Part shown: positions 43,269 to 52,892 of the stretch, piece after piece
How positions within the stretch are numbered: the first letter of the stretch is position 1
Layout: each line of letters begins with the position of its first letter
Assembly (NCBI GenBank): GCA_040217195.1
Contig: JAVJNR010000005.1
Coordinates: 288,001 to 352,000, forward strand
DNA from: Leptospiraceae bacterium
GTDB taxonomy: Bacteria; Spirochaetota; Leptospiria; Leptospirales; Leptonemataceae
Direction: 5' to 3'
Length of the DNA: 64,000 bases
Position numbers and translations under genes: made by a program
Notes under the pieces: generated by a model
Database searches by the model: none
What the model was told of the DNA's origin: nothing
Seen by the model: the letters and a program-made list of their open reading frames with translations, nothing else

Positions 43269-44384
43269 ATGCCCTTAAAACAGACCCCCCTTCATTCCTG
43301 GCACAGGGAACATAATGGCCGAATGGTCCCTTTTGCGGGATGGGAGATGCCTGTGCAATATTCATCGATCATTGAGGAACATAAAACAGTTAGAGAATTT
43401 TGTGGATTATTCGATGTATCGCATATGGGTGAGCTTCGCATAAAGGGACCGGATGCAGCCAAATTGCTTGAGACAATGTGCTGTAACCACGTAGAAACCC
43501 TGAAAACAGGCAAAATCCGCTATAATGCGGTCCTAAACGAACAGGGAGGTCTACGGGATGATGTGACCATTTTTCGCATCGATGACCTGGAATACTTTAT
43601 TATTGTTAACGCTTCGAATTCGGATAAGGTTTTCGAAGCCATGGATAGCTATGCGAAAGGCCAAAACCTGGATGTGCAGGTAGTAAACGAAAGTGAAAAG
43701 TGGCACCTCATCGCCATACAGGGGCCAGAAGCAGAGACTATATTATCTCAAGAACTGGGCCAGGACCTCTCGGACATAGGTTATTTCGCATTCAAGGATC
43801 TTGAGTATTCCGGCAGTCCGGTAGTAGTCAGCCGCACCGGGTACACAGGCGAAGATGGTTTTGAAATACTAAGTGACTCTAAAGTAGGTGTTAAACTATG
43901 GGACAAGCTTCTCTCTATTGAGTTGCAGGGACGCAAAGCTCTTCCCATCGGCCTGGGAGCCCGGGACAGTCTGCGACTGGAGGCTCGATATCCATTGTAT
44001 GGTCATGAGCTTTCAGAAGATCTCACTCCGGTGGAAAGCGGTATCGGCTGGATCGTGAAGGAAAAGGACATCCCCTGCTTCGCAATGGAAAAACTACTGA
44101 AGCAGAAGACGGAAGGCACATCCAGAAGTGTTATTGGATTTGTATTAAAGGGCCCTGGAATCCCCCGGGAAGACTACAACGTCTATTCTAACGGAGAAAT
44201 CATCGGTAAGGTTGTGAGCGGCTCCCATTCACCGGTTCGCAAAGAAGGTATTGGAACTGCATTACTGGAAAGCCCGGCCTCGCAAGAGTTAACAGTGGAG
44301 ATCAGGCAGAAACAAGTCCCCATAGAAATCGTTGAAGGTCCCTTCGTTCAGGGGACTGCAGGCAAAAAAAGGAAAGACCGGTAA
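43269..44384 (+). CDS. gcvT: Glycine cleavage system aminomethyltransferase T
   Basis: LKQTPLH, FAGWEMPVQY, GLFDVSHMGE, SRTGYTGEDGFE, GLGARDSLRLEA. Confidence 0.96.
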   Translation: MPLKQTPLHSWHREHNGRMVPFAGWEMPVQYSSIIEEHKTVREFCGLFDVSHMGELRIKGPDAAKLLETMCCNHVETLKTGKIRYNAVLNEQGGLRDDVTIFRIDDLEYFIIVNASNSDKVFEAMDSYAKGQNLDVQVVNESEKWHLIAIQGPEAETILSQELGQDLSDIGYFAFKDLEYSGSPVVVSRTGYTGEDGFEILSDSKVGVKLWDKLLSIELQGRKALPIGLGARDSLRLEARYPLYGHELSEDLTPVESGIGWIVKEKDIPCFAMEKLLKQKTEGTSRSVIGFVLKGPGIPREDYNVYSNGEIIGKVVSGSHSPVRKEGIGTALLESPASQELTVEIRQKQVPIEIVEGPFVQGTAGKKRKDR

Positions 44385-44445
44385 CTGTATTTACAATAGA
44401 GACCTTCCTCTTAATCTGGATAAAAAGCACCAATCGGAGCGAAAT

Positions 44446-44835
44446 ATGTCTAATATTCCTGATAATCTTAAATATACAAAAGACCATGAATGGGCTCTCC
44501 AGGAAGGAGATTCAGTCAAGGTCGGAATTACGGACTATGCTCAGAACTCTCTCGGCGATATAGTCTATGTTGAGGTTCGAGAGCAAGGAAACGAGGTAAA
44601 TCAGGGCGATAGTTTTGGAACCATTGAGTCGGTGAAGGCCGCAGAGGATCTGTACGCTCCCATCAAAGGAAACGTGGCTGAAGTGAACGATGACGTACTA
44701 AATGGCCCGGAAAAAGTAAACTCGGACCCCTACGGATCGTGGCTAATCAAGATGACTGGAGTCGACCAGGGAGAATTGGATGCCCTGATGGATCCGGCCG
44801 CCTATAAAGAATTCGTAGCTTCTCTCGAAGAATAA
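44446..44835 (+). CDS. gcvH: Glycine cleavage system protein H
   Basis: YTKDHEW, VGITDYAQ, lipoyl motif IESVKA, NSDPYG. Confidence 0.96.
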   Translation: MSNIPDNLKYTKDHEWALQEGDSVKVGITDYAQNSLGDIVYVEVREQGNEVNQGDSFGTIESVKAAEDLYAPIKGNVAEVNDDVLNGPEKVNSDPYGSWLIKMTGVDQGELDALMDPAAYKEFVASLEE

Positions 44836-45159
44836 TCGCCGCCGGCAAAGTTGCGAGGCCAAAGGATCTGTATTGTGTCTAACATTGCATGGCCACTGAA
44901 AGCTGGCCAGACACTAGTCCCTGAACCCGCATCCGCTCTAAATGGCATCCGAACCGCAACGGCCCGCATACCTTCTCGGACGACAGGAGCAAACCACCCT
45001 CGGGACGCAACTGAATGTGCCTAATCGCGGTGCTGAACCAGTGGCCGCTACTTAACCCTGGCGAATCCGGTGCTCACAACTGGCATGTTTTGTCATTACT
45101 ACTGCGACTCCCCCACTTCAGGATAGACAGAGGGGCCTGGCCTCAGCTCGTGCGGGCAG

Positions 45160-45657
45160 ATTATGTCTCTTCCTCCAGAGAATGGCCTGCCCCATTGTTC
45201 GGTCCAGGCTAGTTTGCCCCCAATTATTATGTCACATCGTGCAACGGAGTGGCTCCTGAGCCGGCATCCGGGGCCCATCAAAGAGATGAAGCCCCGATTA
45301 TGTCACATCCCAACTCCAGCTTCTGGACCAGAAGCCAGTTTCGAGCCGAAGCGTAGCCGGGATTATGTCGCATTAGGCAGTGATATACTCCCGCATTCCC
45401 GGCGGATGTTGGGATGTTGATTCAGGACGGTTTGGCCGGATGATTGCCTGATCTGCGATAGATTGCATCGACACGCAGTCTCCAGTAAGCCCTGTGGGAC
45501 GGGATTATTTCGCATTACCGAATTAATTCCACTGGACTGCCCTCCAGGTGCAAAGCGGAGTCTTCAGCGCAAATTATGTCACATTGCAGAAAAAGGGTTC
45601 TCTCTTAAAAATTCGATCAGCTCAATTCGGCAGCGATCGACCCAGATTCTGTCACAT
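45160..45657 (+). repeat. Regularly interspaced 12-bp direct repeat ATTATGTCACAT with unique intervening sequence
   Basis: Copies at 45160, 45226, 45297, 45362, 45504, 45573 and 45646 (0-2 mismatches each); inverted copy at 45897. Confidence 0.8.
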
Positions 45658-46003
45658 TAGTCAGAAATGCAACTCCCTGAAAGCGTAATCGAATAGTGCA
45701 ACCGGCGAACCGAATCAGGGGCCACTCTTACAGCGTATAGAGAGAGTGGGCGATTTTCCGAATCGATGGGCTCTCCCTACCCCCGGCGGCTCCGAACACT
45801 GGCATCCAGGGTCATCCGGGCGGATCCAGAGTCTCGGGAAGGGCGCCCCCCGGGCCTGAGTGTCTGATAAGCCCCCTCCTGTGCAGCATTCCAAGCATGT
45901 GACTTAAAATTTGCTGGCCAAGGTACGCCGTCCTGCAAAAATGCTTTTCATATCGAGACTTTTTGATATGTTGATATGACAGCCCCTTATCAGGAGAGCA
46001 AAA

Positions 46004-47329
46004 GTGAAATATTTTCCCATTTCCCCGGAACAGATGGAGGATCGGCTCCAATCCATAGGATTTTCGAGTACATCTGACCTATTTCGATCCATTCCCGAAG
46101 CGCTTCGAGTCCGTACTGATGCCAGGTTGCCAGCTCCGGCCTCTGAAATCGAAATCCGCCGGGAATACCAGCCTAAAGAAAGCGCCGCCATAGATCACAA
46201 CTTCATGGGAGGTAATGGTCATTACCATTATGTGCCTTCCATCATCGATCCTCTTATTTCCAGGGGAGAATTCCTCACAGCCTATACCCCGTATCAACCG
46301 GAGGTGAGCCAGGGCAGCCTCCAGGCAATGTTCGAGTTTCAGTCCATGATGGCAGACCTGATGGGCGTAGAGGTCTCCAATGCATCCCTCTATGACGGCT
46401 CCACAGCCATGATTGAAGCGGCCATGATGGCGGTCCGTGTTCGAAGGAAGAATCGAGTGGTATTCGCAGATTCCATCCATCCGGAGTATCTGGAGACAAT
46501 GCAGACCTACGCCAACAGCGGCGTGTTCGAAACTGCAATGATTAAAACCTCTCAGGATGGCCGGCTGGATATTGCTTCTCTAAAAGAGAATCTGAACGAT
46601 GACACAGCCGCTCTGGTAATCCAGTCCCCGAACTACTATGGAATCATCGAAGACGTTGCTGCTGTAAAAAAAGAACTGGAACAGCACAACATCCTGCTCA
46701 TCGTCACGGTAACCGAAGCACTGTCCATGGCTCTGGTCAAGTCCCCTGGAAGTCAGGGTGCTGACATCGTATGTGGTGAAGCTCAGTCTTTTGGAGTTCC
46801 ACTTTCCTATGGTGGACCCTGGCTTGGGTTTATTGGAACATCTCAGAAACATATGCGAAGCCTTCCCGGTCGATTGATTGGGGAAGCGAAAGATATGGAT
46901 GGTCGAAGAGCTTTTGTTGTGACTCTTGCAGCAAGAGAACAGCATATTCGCCGACAAAAGGCCACTTCCAATATCTGCACAAACCAGGGACTGATGGCCC
47001 TTCGTTGCACCATTTATCTGGAGTTGATGGGTAAGAAAGGACTTCGAAGGGCGGCCGAGCGTAGCGCCCGATTTGCCGCCCTGGGACGACAACTCTTACG
47101 GGAACAAACAGATCTCAAGCTAAAGTATCCGGATTCCCCCATATTTAACGAATTCATGATTGAAACTCCGGTGCCTGCAGAAACGGTCTTTGATCGATGC
47201 ATTAAAGGTTCGAAAATTGCCTGCGGTACGGTAGCCGGTCCAAATCAGTTGCTCATAGCATTTAATGAAACAATGAGCCCCGAGGCAGTGAAGCAATGGG
47301 TGCTATCTGTAAAGGCTGCCTCCAAATAG
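46004..47329 (+). CDS. gcvPA: Glycine dehydrogenase (decarboxylating) subunit 1
   Basis: EFLTAYTPYQPEVSQG, NASLYDG, REQHIRRQKATSNICTNQ; GTG start after AGGAG. Confidence 0.96.
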   Translation: MKYFPISPEQMEDRLQSIGFSSTSDLFRSIPEALRVRTDARLPAPASEIEIRREYQPKESAAIDHNFMGGNGHYHYVPSIIDPLISRGEFLTAYTPYQPEVSQGSLQAMFEFQSMMADLMGVEVSNASLYDGSTAMIEAAMMAVRVRRKNRVVFADSIHPEYLETMQTYANSGVFETAMIKTSQDGRLDIASLKENLNDDTAALVIQSPNYYGIIEDVAAVKKELEQHNILLIVTVTEALSMALVKSPGSQGADIVCGEAQSFGVPLSYGGPWLGFIGTSQKHMRSLPGRLIGEAKDMDGRRAFVVTLAAREQHIRRQKATSNICTNQGLMALRCTIYLELMGKKGLRRAAERSARFAALGRQLLREQTDLKLKYPDSPIFNEFMIETPVPAETVFDRCIKGSKIACGTVAGPNQLLIAFNETMSPEAVKQWVLSVKAASK

Positions 47330-47366
47330 GAACAATCTAAAGCAACAGACTGAAAGAGAGAGTATT

Positions 47367-48893
47367 ATGCTAACAGAAGAAAGAACTACTTCGCTAAATG
47401 CAAATTCAAACGGAAAAGATCAGATGCAACTTTCCGTAACCAGAAATGGCCAGATTTATGAGGAACCCTTGATCTTTGAAAGATCCATGGCAGGTCGAGT
47501 GGGATTTAGCTTTCCCGATGATGATGAAGGTCTGGAACATGAAGTGGCAGGCTTTTCGCGCGAAGAGGACTCACTGCATTTACCCGAGGTAAGCGAACCT
47601 GAAGTGGTAAGGCATTTCACCCGGCTATCAACCTGGAATTATGGCATTGATCTAAACCTTTATCCTCTGGGCTCTTGCAGCATGAAGTATAATCCTCGAA
47701 TTAATGAAGAGATTGCTGCTTTGCCCCACTTCAAAGATGCTCATCCTTCATTGCCAGTGGCCTACAGTCAGGATGTATTCAAAGTTGTGTACGAACTCCA
47801 GGATATGCTCTGCCAGCTCACAGATATGCCAGGGATTACTCTGCAGCCGGCGGCCGGGGCTCATGGCGAGTTAACAGGATTGTTTTTGATTCAAGCCTAT
47901 CACAGAAAGAAAGGCGAAGAAAGAAAAGTGATCCTGGTACCGGACAGTGCCCATGGTACCAATCCGGCAAGTTGCACTCTTGCCGGGTATGATGTGAAGG
48001 AACTGAAGTCCACCAAACAGGGATTGCTGGATCTGGAAGATCTAAAAGCCAACCTGACGGCCGAAGTTGCAGGCTTGATGATTACCAATCCAAACACAGT
48101 TGGTGTCTTCGAAACGAACATTCGGGCCATCGCGGACCTGCTGCATGAAAATGACTCCCTACTCTATATGGATGGCGCAAACTATAATGCCATTATTGGC
48201 CAGGCATCCCTGGGGGAAATGGGAGTGGATGTTAGTCACTTAAATTTGCACAAAACATTCTCCACACCCCATGGCGGTGGTGGTCCAGGCGGAGCCGCGG
48301 TTGTAGTTTCCGATCGACTGAAAGACTTTTTACCCGGGCCTCAAGTTGTGAAAACCGGCGAGGATAGCTATGACCTGGAATCGGCCAAATTCAGCATTGG
48401 TCGGATGAAGTCTGGGATTGGTCATTTTGGTGTCCTGCTCAGGGCCTGCATTTTTATTCGAAGTCATGGAAATCAAATGGGCGCCATTGCAGAGCACTCT
48501 GTATTGAATGCTAACATCGTTAGAAAGAACCTGGAAGAGCACTTTCAGTTAGCATCGGACAATGACTCCATGCATGAAGTGGTCTTCAGCGATGCACGGC
48601 AGAAAAAGACCGGGTTTTCGACCATGGATCTGGCCAAAGCTCTTATCGATTATGGCTATCATCCGCCCACCGTATACTTTCCTCTAAGTGTTCATGGAGC
48701 CATAATGATTGAGCCCACGGAATCGGAAAGTCCGGAGACTCTGGATCATTTTTCCGAAGTGATGAAAGACATTGCCAGCCGAATGCAGGCTGGAGATTCC
48801 GATCTGTCTGCAGCTCCGCATCGGGCCTATGTGACCCGAATCGATGAGGCATCTGCAGCAAGGAACCCGGTTCTAAATTACTTTACAAAATAA
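47367..48893 (+). CDS. gcvPB: Glycine dehydrogenase (decarboxylating) subunit 2
   Basis: YPLGSCSMKYNP, QPAAGAHGE, PDSAHGTNPAS, HLNLHKTFSTPHGGGGPG. Confidence 0.96.
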   Translation: MLTEERTTSLNANSNGKDQMQLSVTRNGQIYEEPLIFERSMAGRVGFSFPDDDEGLEHEVAGFSREEDSLHLPEVSEPEVVRHFTRLSTWNYGIDLNLYPLGSCSMKYNPRINEEIAALPHFKDAHPSLPVAYSQDVFKVVYELQDMLCQLTDMPGITLQPAAGAHGELTGLFLIQAYHRKKGEERKVILVPDSAHGTNPASCTLAGYDVKELKSTKQGLLDLEDLKANLTAEVAGLMITNPNTVGVFETNIRAIADLLHENDSLLYMDGANYNAIIGQASLGEMGVDVSHLNLHKTFSTPHGGGGPGGAAVVVSDRLKDFLPGPQVVKTGEDSYDLESAKFSIGRMKSGIGHFGVLLRACIFIRSHGNQMGAIAEHSVLNANIVRKNLEEHFQLASDNDSMHEVVFSDARQKKTGFSTMDLAKALIDYGYHPPTVYFPLSVHGAIMIEPTESESPETLDHFSEVMKDIASRMQAGDSDLSAAPHRAYVTRIDEASAARNPVLNYFTK

Positions 48894-48919
48894 CAGCGCA
48901 AGGACCAGTGTGAACGGGT

Positions 48920-49201
48920 ATGGAATGGGAAAAGGTTCTACGGGACTCTGTAAAGAATGGTACAATACGAGAGCTCCATCTAAGGCATGTGCCGGTGCTA
49001 AAAACCTGCGAAAACTGGAATGCCGTAGAAGAAGTAGGACTGATTGACCATCAGACCCGTTTTGCTCATTACAAAGGCATAATCGTAAAATACGGGGAAC
49101 GTATTTTTTACGTTCCGGAAAAGCGCATGGAAGCCCTGGCGCCCTACAGGCCCTGGAAAACCAAGGTGCGATTAAAAGTTACCGATCTAGAAAAGAAATA
49201 A
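48920..49201 (+). CDS. Small hypothetical protein
   Basis: 93-aa ORF tightly packed between gcvPB and the Nudix gene. Confidence 0.65.
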   Translation: MEWEKVLRDSVKNGTIRELHLRHVPVLKTCENWNAVEEVGLIDHQTRFAHYKGIIVKYGERIFYVPEKRMEALAPYRPWKTKVRLKVTDLEKK

Positions 49202-49203
49202 GC

Positions 49204-49632
49204 ATGGAATACCGGAACCCGGTACCCACTGTGGATCTGATCATCCGTCTGCCAGACGGAGTTGTAATCATTGAAAGAAAAAATGAGCCTCTGGGATATG
49301 CACTTCCCGGTGGCTTTGTGGATGAATGGGAGCCTGTGGAAAAAGCGGCCGTTCGGGAAGCGCAGGAAGAAACCGGACTAACCGTTACACTGGATGAACT
49401 GTTCTACGTTTACTCCAATCCGGAAAGAGATCCCAGAAGACATACAATATCCGTTGTATTTCTGGCCCATGCAGATGCAAATCCAGTGGCCGGTGATGAT
49501 GCATCAGCGGTACACGTTGTGCCCGAAGCTGAACTCAGAAATTATGAAATGGCCTTCGACCATGGGACCATTGTCAGCGAATACCTGGAATTCAGACGAA
49601 GCGGCCAACGACCATTACACTCACCGACTTAA
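49204..49632 (+). CDS. NUDIX hydrolase
   Basis: Nudix box GGFVDEWEPVEKAAVREAQEETGL; DPRRH, AGDDA, FDH. Confidence 0.92.
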   Translation: MEYRNPVPTVDLIIRLPDGVVIIERKNEPLGYALPGGFVDEWEPVEKAAVREAQEETGLTVTLDELFYVYSNPERDPRRHTISVVFLAHADANPVAGDDASAVHVVPEAELRNYEMAFDHGTIVSEYLEFRRSGQRPLHSPT

Positions 49633-49825
49633 TTTCGACTGAAAACCACGGGCACTAATAAGTAAAGCTCCGCAACGGCCGCAGCCAGCACTATATCCCG
49701 AAAACAGCCCGTTGCCCCTGATCCTTTGCCTGGATTCAAAGCCAGGCCAGAACTGACCGCAAATGATTCGAGCAAGTAGGACTCAGTCGGCAAAACTCGG
49801 ACTCTGGGATCCAGTTTATCTGGCA

Positions 49826-50848
49826 CTAACCTCCGGCGCCGTTTTGGGAAGCCTCCAGTTGCCTTAAGAAAAATGCCATGCTGGACACAACCTGATGCAC
49901 CCGAAGAGGAAGATCCAGTCCATACTGAACCGTTCCATGGGAAATCAACGGAGTAAGGCAAACCCTTGCTGGAACATGATCCCTTAGATGATCATAGAGC
50001 AGCCGGGACTCCCCCGGAGGAATAACATTGTCCCGGTCCCCATGGATCAAAGTAACCGATGCCTGAATATCTGGACAATGTTGAATAACATCAATTCTTG
50101 CTGCAATCTTGCGAATCTCTGGATGATTCAGGATTCTATCCTTGATGCTTCGCCTGTAAGATGCATCGTGCAATATACGATAGAACTCCTTGCGAACGGC
50201 AGGACTCACATTGGCCAGAACAACAGGCAGTTGACGCGGATTTCTGTTCAGGCCATTGTCCAGAGCAGCCTGTTCAAAGCAATGCCTGAGACTCTGCACC
50301 TTCTTGCTTTTACCCGGTAGAAAGTTTTTTAGTACAACAAAAAAGCCATAGGGATCCCTGTCTTCAGCATCGAAGAGATGTTCCACAACAGACATTACGT
50401 GTCCAAAGGGCCCCACAAAGAGCATTGCCTTCACACTTCCAGCTGCCTTTCCGGAAGCAGCCACCATAGCCAGTGATCCAGAAAAAGAAGCAGAAAAGAC
50501 TCCTACCGGCCCCCGATTGTCCAGTTTTGAAAGTGCCATTAGATCATCTTCCATATGATGGATGCTTTCCGGATTCACGGTAAGGTTGCGAATTTCACTG
50601 TAATCAGGTAGAATCACTTCATAGCCGTTCGCAGCAAAGGCGCTGGCCAGAACATGAATTCTGGGATCCTCATTTCCCCTGGCAGTCATTCCATGTACGG
50701 CCAGAAGGGTTCCTCTAAAAGAACCATCCTCCGGTAGCACCCGAATCGCCTGCCTGCCATTCAAAGTGATGCGGGAATGCTTGCCATAGGAACGGAGACC
50801 TCTGAACATGCGGAAAACAATGCTGAGGCCTCGGCTGTAGTATCCCAT
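49826..50848 (-). CDS. Alpha/beta hydrolase fold protein
   Basis: AVHGM, SASFSG elbow, LIHGDRDNVIP, ISHG. Confidence 0.75.
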   Translation of the reverse strand: MGYYSRGLSIVFRMFRGLRSYGKHSRITLNGRQAIRVLPEDGSFRGTLLAVHGMTARGNEDPRIHVLASAFAANGYEVILPDYSEIRNLTVNPESIHHMEDDLMALSKLDNRGPVGVFSASFSGSLAMVAASGKAAGSVKAMLFVGPFGHVMSVVEHLFDAEDRDPYGFFVVLKNFLPGKSKKVQSLRHCFEQAALDNGLNRNPRQLPVVLANVSPAVRKEFYRILHDASYRRSIKDRILNHPEIRKIAARIDVIQHCPDIQASVTLIHGDRDNVIPPGESRLLYDHLRDHVPARVCLTPLISHGTVQYGLDLPLRVHQVVSSMAFFLRQLEASQNGAGG

Positions 50849-50896
50849 GGCCCCATCAGCTTATACCAAACTCAGGAAGCAATACAGATTTCAATT

Positions 50897-51907
50897 ATGG
50901 ACTTGCAGGAAACAGAACGAATGCCCAAATCCGAACGTCTGGGCTGTCTGTATTTGACCTTTCTGCAAAGGCCCGGCGGCTTGAGCTTTGAGGAGATCCG
51001 TACCCTTATGCCGCTAGCCTATACTGGCGAACCGGAATCTGCACGTCGGAAATTTGAAAGAGATAAAGAGGATCTTAAAAAACTTGGACTCACCCTGAAG
51101 CATTACTCACCAGGTGAAGCTCTTCCGGATCGAATTGGAATGGCAGACAGTCATCTGTATATTCCTGAAGATGTACCGGAGCAACTGGATAGCATTTCTC
51201 TATCATCGCGAGAAAGGGAATCACTGGCCTCCCTCCTGCTAAGATCCATTGAGTCCGAAAAAGACAATCAGAGAAAAGAGAATCTAACGTCCATCTACAT
51301 CAAACTATTCTATAACAATTTACCCGGAGAGCTACCCGGACGTAGTCCACTACTGCGGAGCGAAAGCCAATCTCATCTGTCCCCTCATTTAAATGTGGTG
51401 CAGGAATCCCTGATGAAATCCAGGGTGCTGGATGCCCGGTATGAACCCGCGGCTGGAGGTCTGGAAAAAAGGACCCTGGAAGGCCGGGGATTGATCTACT
51501 ACAGAGGTCGATGGTGTCTGGTGGCCCGATCCAGAGAAAGTGGTCAAATTCGTTTTTATTACCTGGAACGATTCAAGAGCCTGAAGCTGGGAGCGGGCAC
51601 TTTTAAGCCGGACCCTGGATTTAACCTGAAGTCCATGTCCTTGCATCCGCTGGGCATTGAAATCCATGAAGAACGAACCATCACCGTAGAAATTACCAGA
51701 GCCTTTGGTCCCATGTTCTCGAATTTCCTTTCCGGCAATGAAGAAAAGATCAGTCGGAATAAGGATGAATACAAAATCCAGACAACCAATGAGCGAGCCC
51801 TTTTCCGATGGATTCTTCAACGTCCAGAATCGTTGATTCGGATGGATTCGGAAGCGGCCAGCAGAATGGATGCTTTCCTGGCAGAAATTGAGGAGCTGTA
51901 TAAGTAA
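50897..51907 (+). CDS. HTH-WYL transcriptional regulator, PafB-like
   Basis: KSERL...SFEEIR...ARRKFERDKEDLKKLG N-terminal HTH; GRWCLVA and IRFYYLERF in the WYL domain. Confidence 0.8.
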   Translation: MDLQETERMPKSERLGCLYLTFLQRPGGLSFEEIRTLMPLAYTGEPESARRKFERDKEDLKKLGLTLKHYSPGEALPDRIGMADSHLYIPEDVPEQLDSISLSSRERESLASLLLRSIESEKDNQRKENLTSIYIKLFYNNLPGELPGRSPLLRSESQSHLSPHLNVVQESLMKSRVLDARYEPAAGGLEKRTLEGRGLIYYRGRWCLVARSRESGQIRFYYLERFKSLKLGAGTFKPDPGFNLKSMSLHPLGIEIHEERTITVEITRAFGPMFSNFLSGNEEKISRNKDEYKIQTTNERALFRWILQRPESLIRMDSEAASRMDAFLAEIEELYK

Positions 51908-51908
51908 G

Positions 51909-52865
51909 ATGCCAACTCCGGACAAATTGAAGAGATTGCTGTCTCTCATTCCTGTCATGCATGCCAATCCAGGAATCAAGATTGAAAAGCTCATGTCCCT
52001 GAGCGGGTACTCGGATCGAAAGAAGTTTACCGAGGACCTGGATAACCTCATTATGCTGGGTGTTCCCCCTTTCTCGCCCGGCGACTATGTAGACATTGCC
52101 ATCGAAGGAGATTCGGTGACTCTGGAGTTTCCCCAGGGGCTGGAAAGGCCGCTGGCCCTTTCTGCTCTGGAATGGTCCGAGCTCATAGATGCAATTCAAA
52201 AGGATATGTCTTTTCGCACAGATCAGGGATTGAATCAGGAAGAGCTCTCAGGACTGCTGGAAAGAGTGGGCAAAACTCCGGTACTATTTGAGAAGCCTCC
52301 TACGGCGGACCAGAGTCGAAGAACCATCGAACAAGCATTGAGTGAAAAACAGGCTGTGATTTTTTTATATCCGGATCGAAAGCAGCAGTCCATGGAAGAA
52401 CGTTTTGTGGATCCCTGGGCCGTAGTTACTCACCTGGGCTTAATCTATCTCGTAGGATGGGATCGAAACAAAGAGGCTCCCAGACATTTTCGTATGGACC
52501 GGGCCGGAGAGATCCGCATCAGCCCGGAAACTAGACTGGAGCCCCCTCCTGCTGACCTGGCTTCCATGATCGAGAACTCCTACATTAAGAATCCTCTGGA
52601 AACATCCGGAGATGCTAGCATTGCGTTTCGGGCATCGGTACAGAAGAACCTGCAGCGAATTCTATCTCTGTCATCTGTGAAGGACTATTCGGATCGGCCT
52701 GGCTGGAAGAAGGCTCGGTGCTCCATTAGAGATACTGCCTGGTTTAGAGAGGTGATTCGCTCCTTTGGAGAAACCATTGAGATTCTGTCCCCTGAGGAAT
52801 TGCGCCAGGAAATCCAGGAAGATGTTCATAACCTGAGGCAAAAACTTCAGGCCTACCAGAATTGA
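51909..52865 (+). CDS. HTH-WYL-WCX transcriptional regulator, PafC-like
   Basis: RLLSLIPVMHANPG, DLDNLIMLGVPPFSPGDYVD, ERPLALS, IYLVGW...RHFRMDR, ILSPEELRQ. Confidence 0.82.
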   Translation: MPTPDKLKRLLSLIPVMHANPGIKIEKLMSLSGYSDRKKFTEDLDNLIMLGVPPFSPGDYVDIAIEGDSVTLEFPQGLERPLALSALEWSELIDAIQKDMSFRTDQGLNQEELSGLLERVGKTPVLFEKPPTADQSRRTIEQALSEKQAVIFLYPDRKQQSMEERFVDPWAVVTHLGLIYLVGWDRNKEAPRHFRMDRAGEIRISPETRLEPPPADLASMIENSYIKNPLETSGDASIAFRASVQKNLQRILSLSSVKDYSDRPGWKKARCSIRDTAWFREVIRSFGETIEILSPEELRQEIQEDVHNLRQKLQAYQN

Positions 52866-52892
52866 ACTAAAATTCTATAAAGCCAGCCCGAA

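Noticed and set aside
45015..45660. Short ORFs in the gcvH-gcvPA gap
   Set aside because: No recognisable RBS or domain, and the repeated motif falls in different frames
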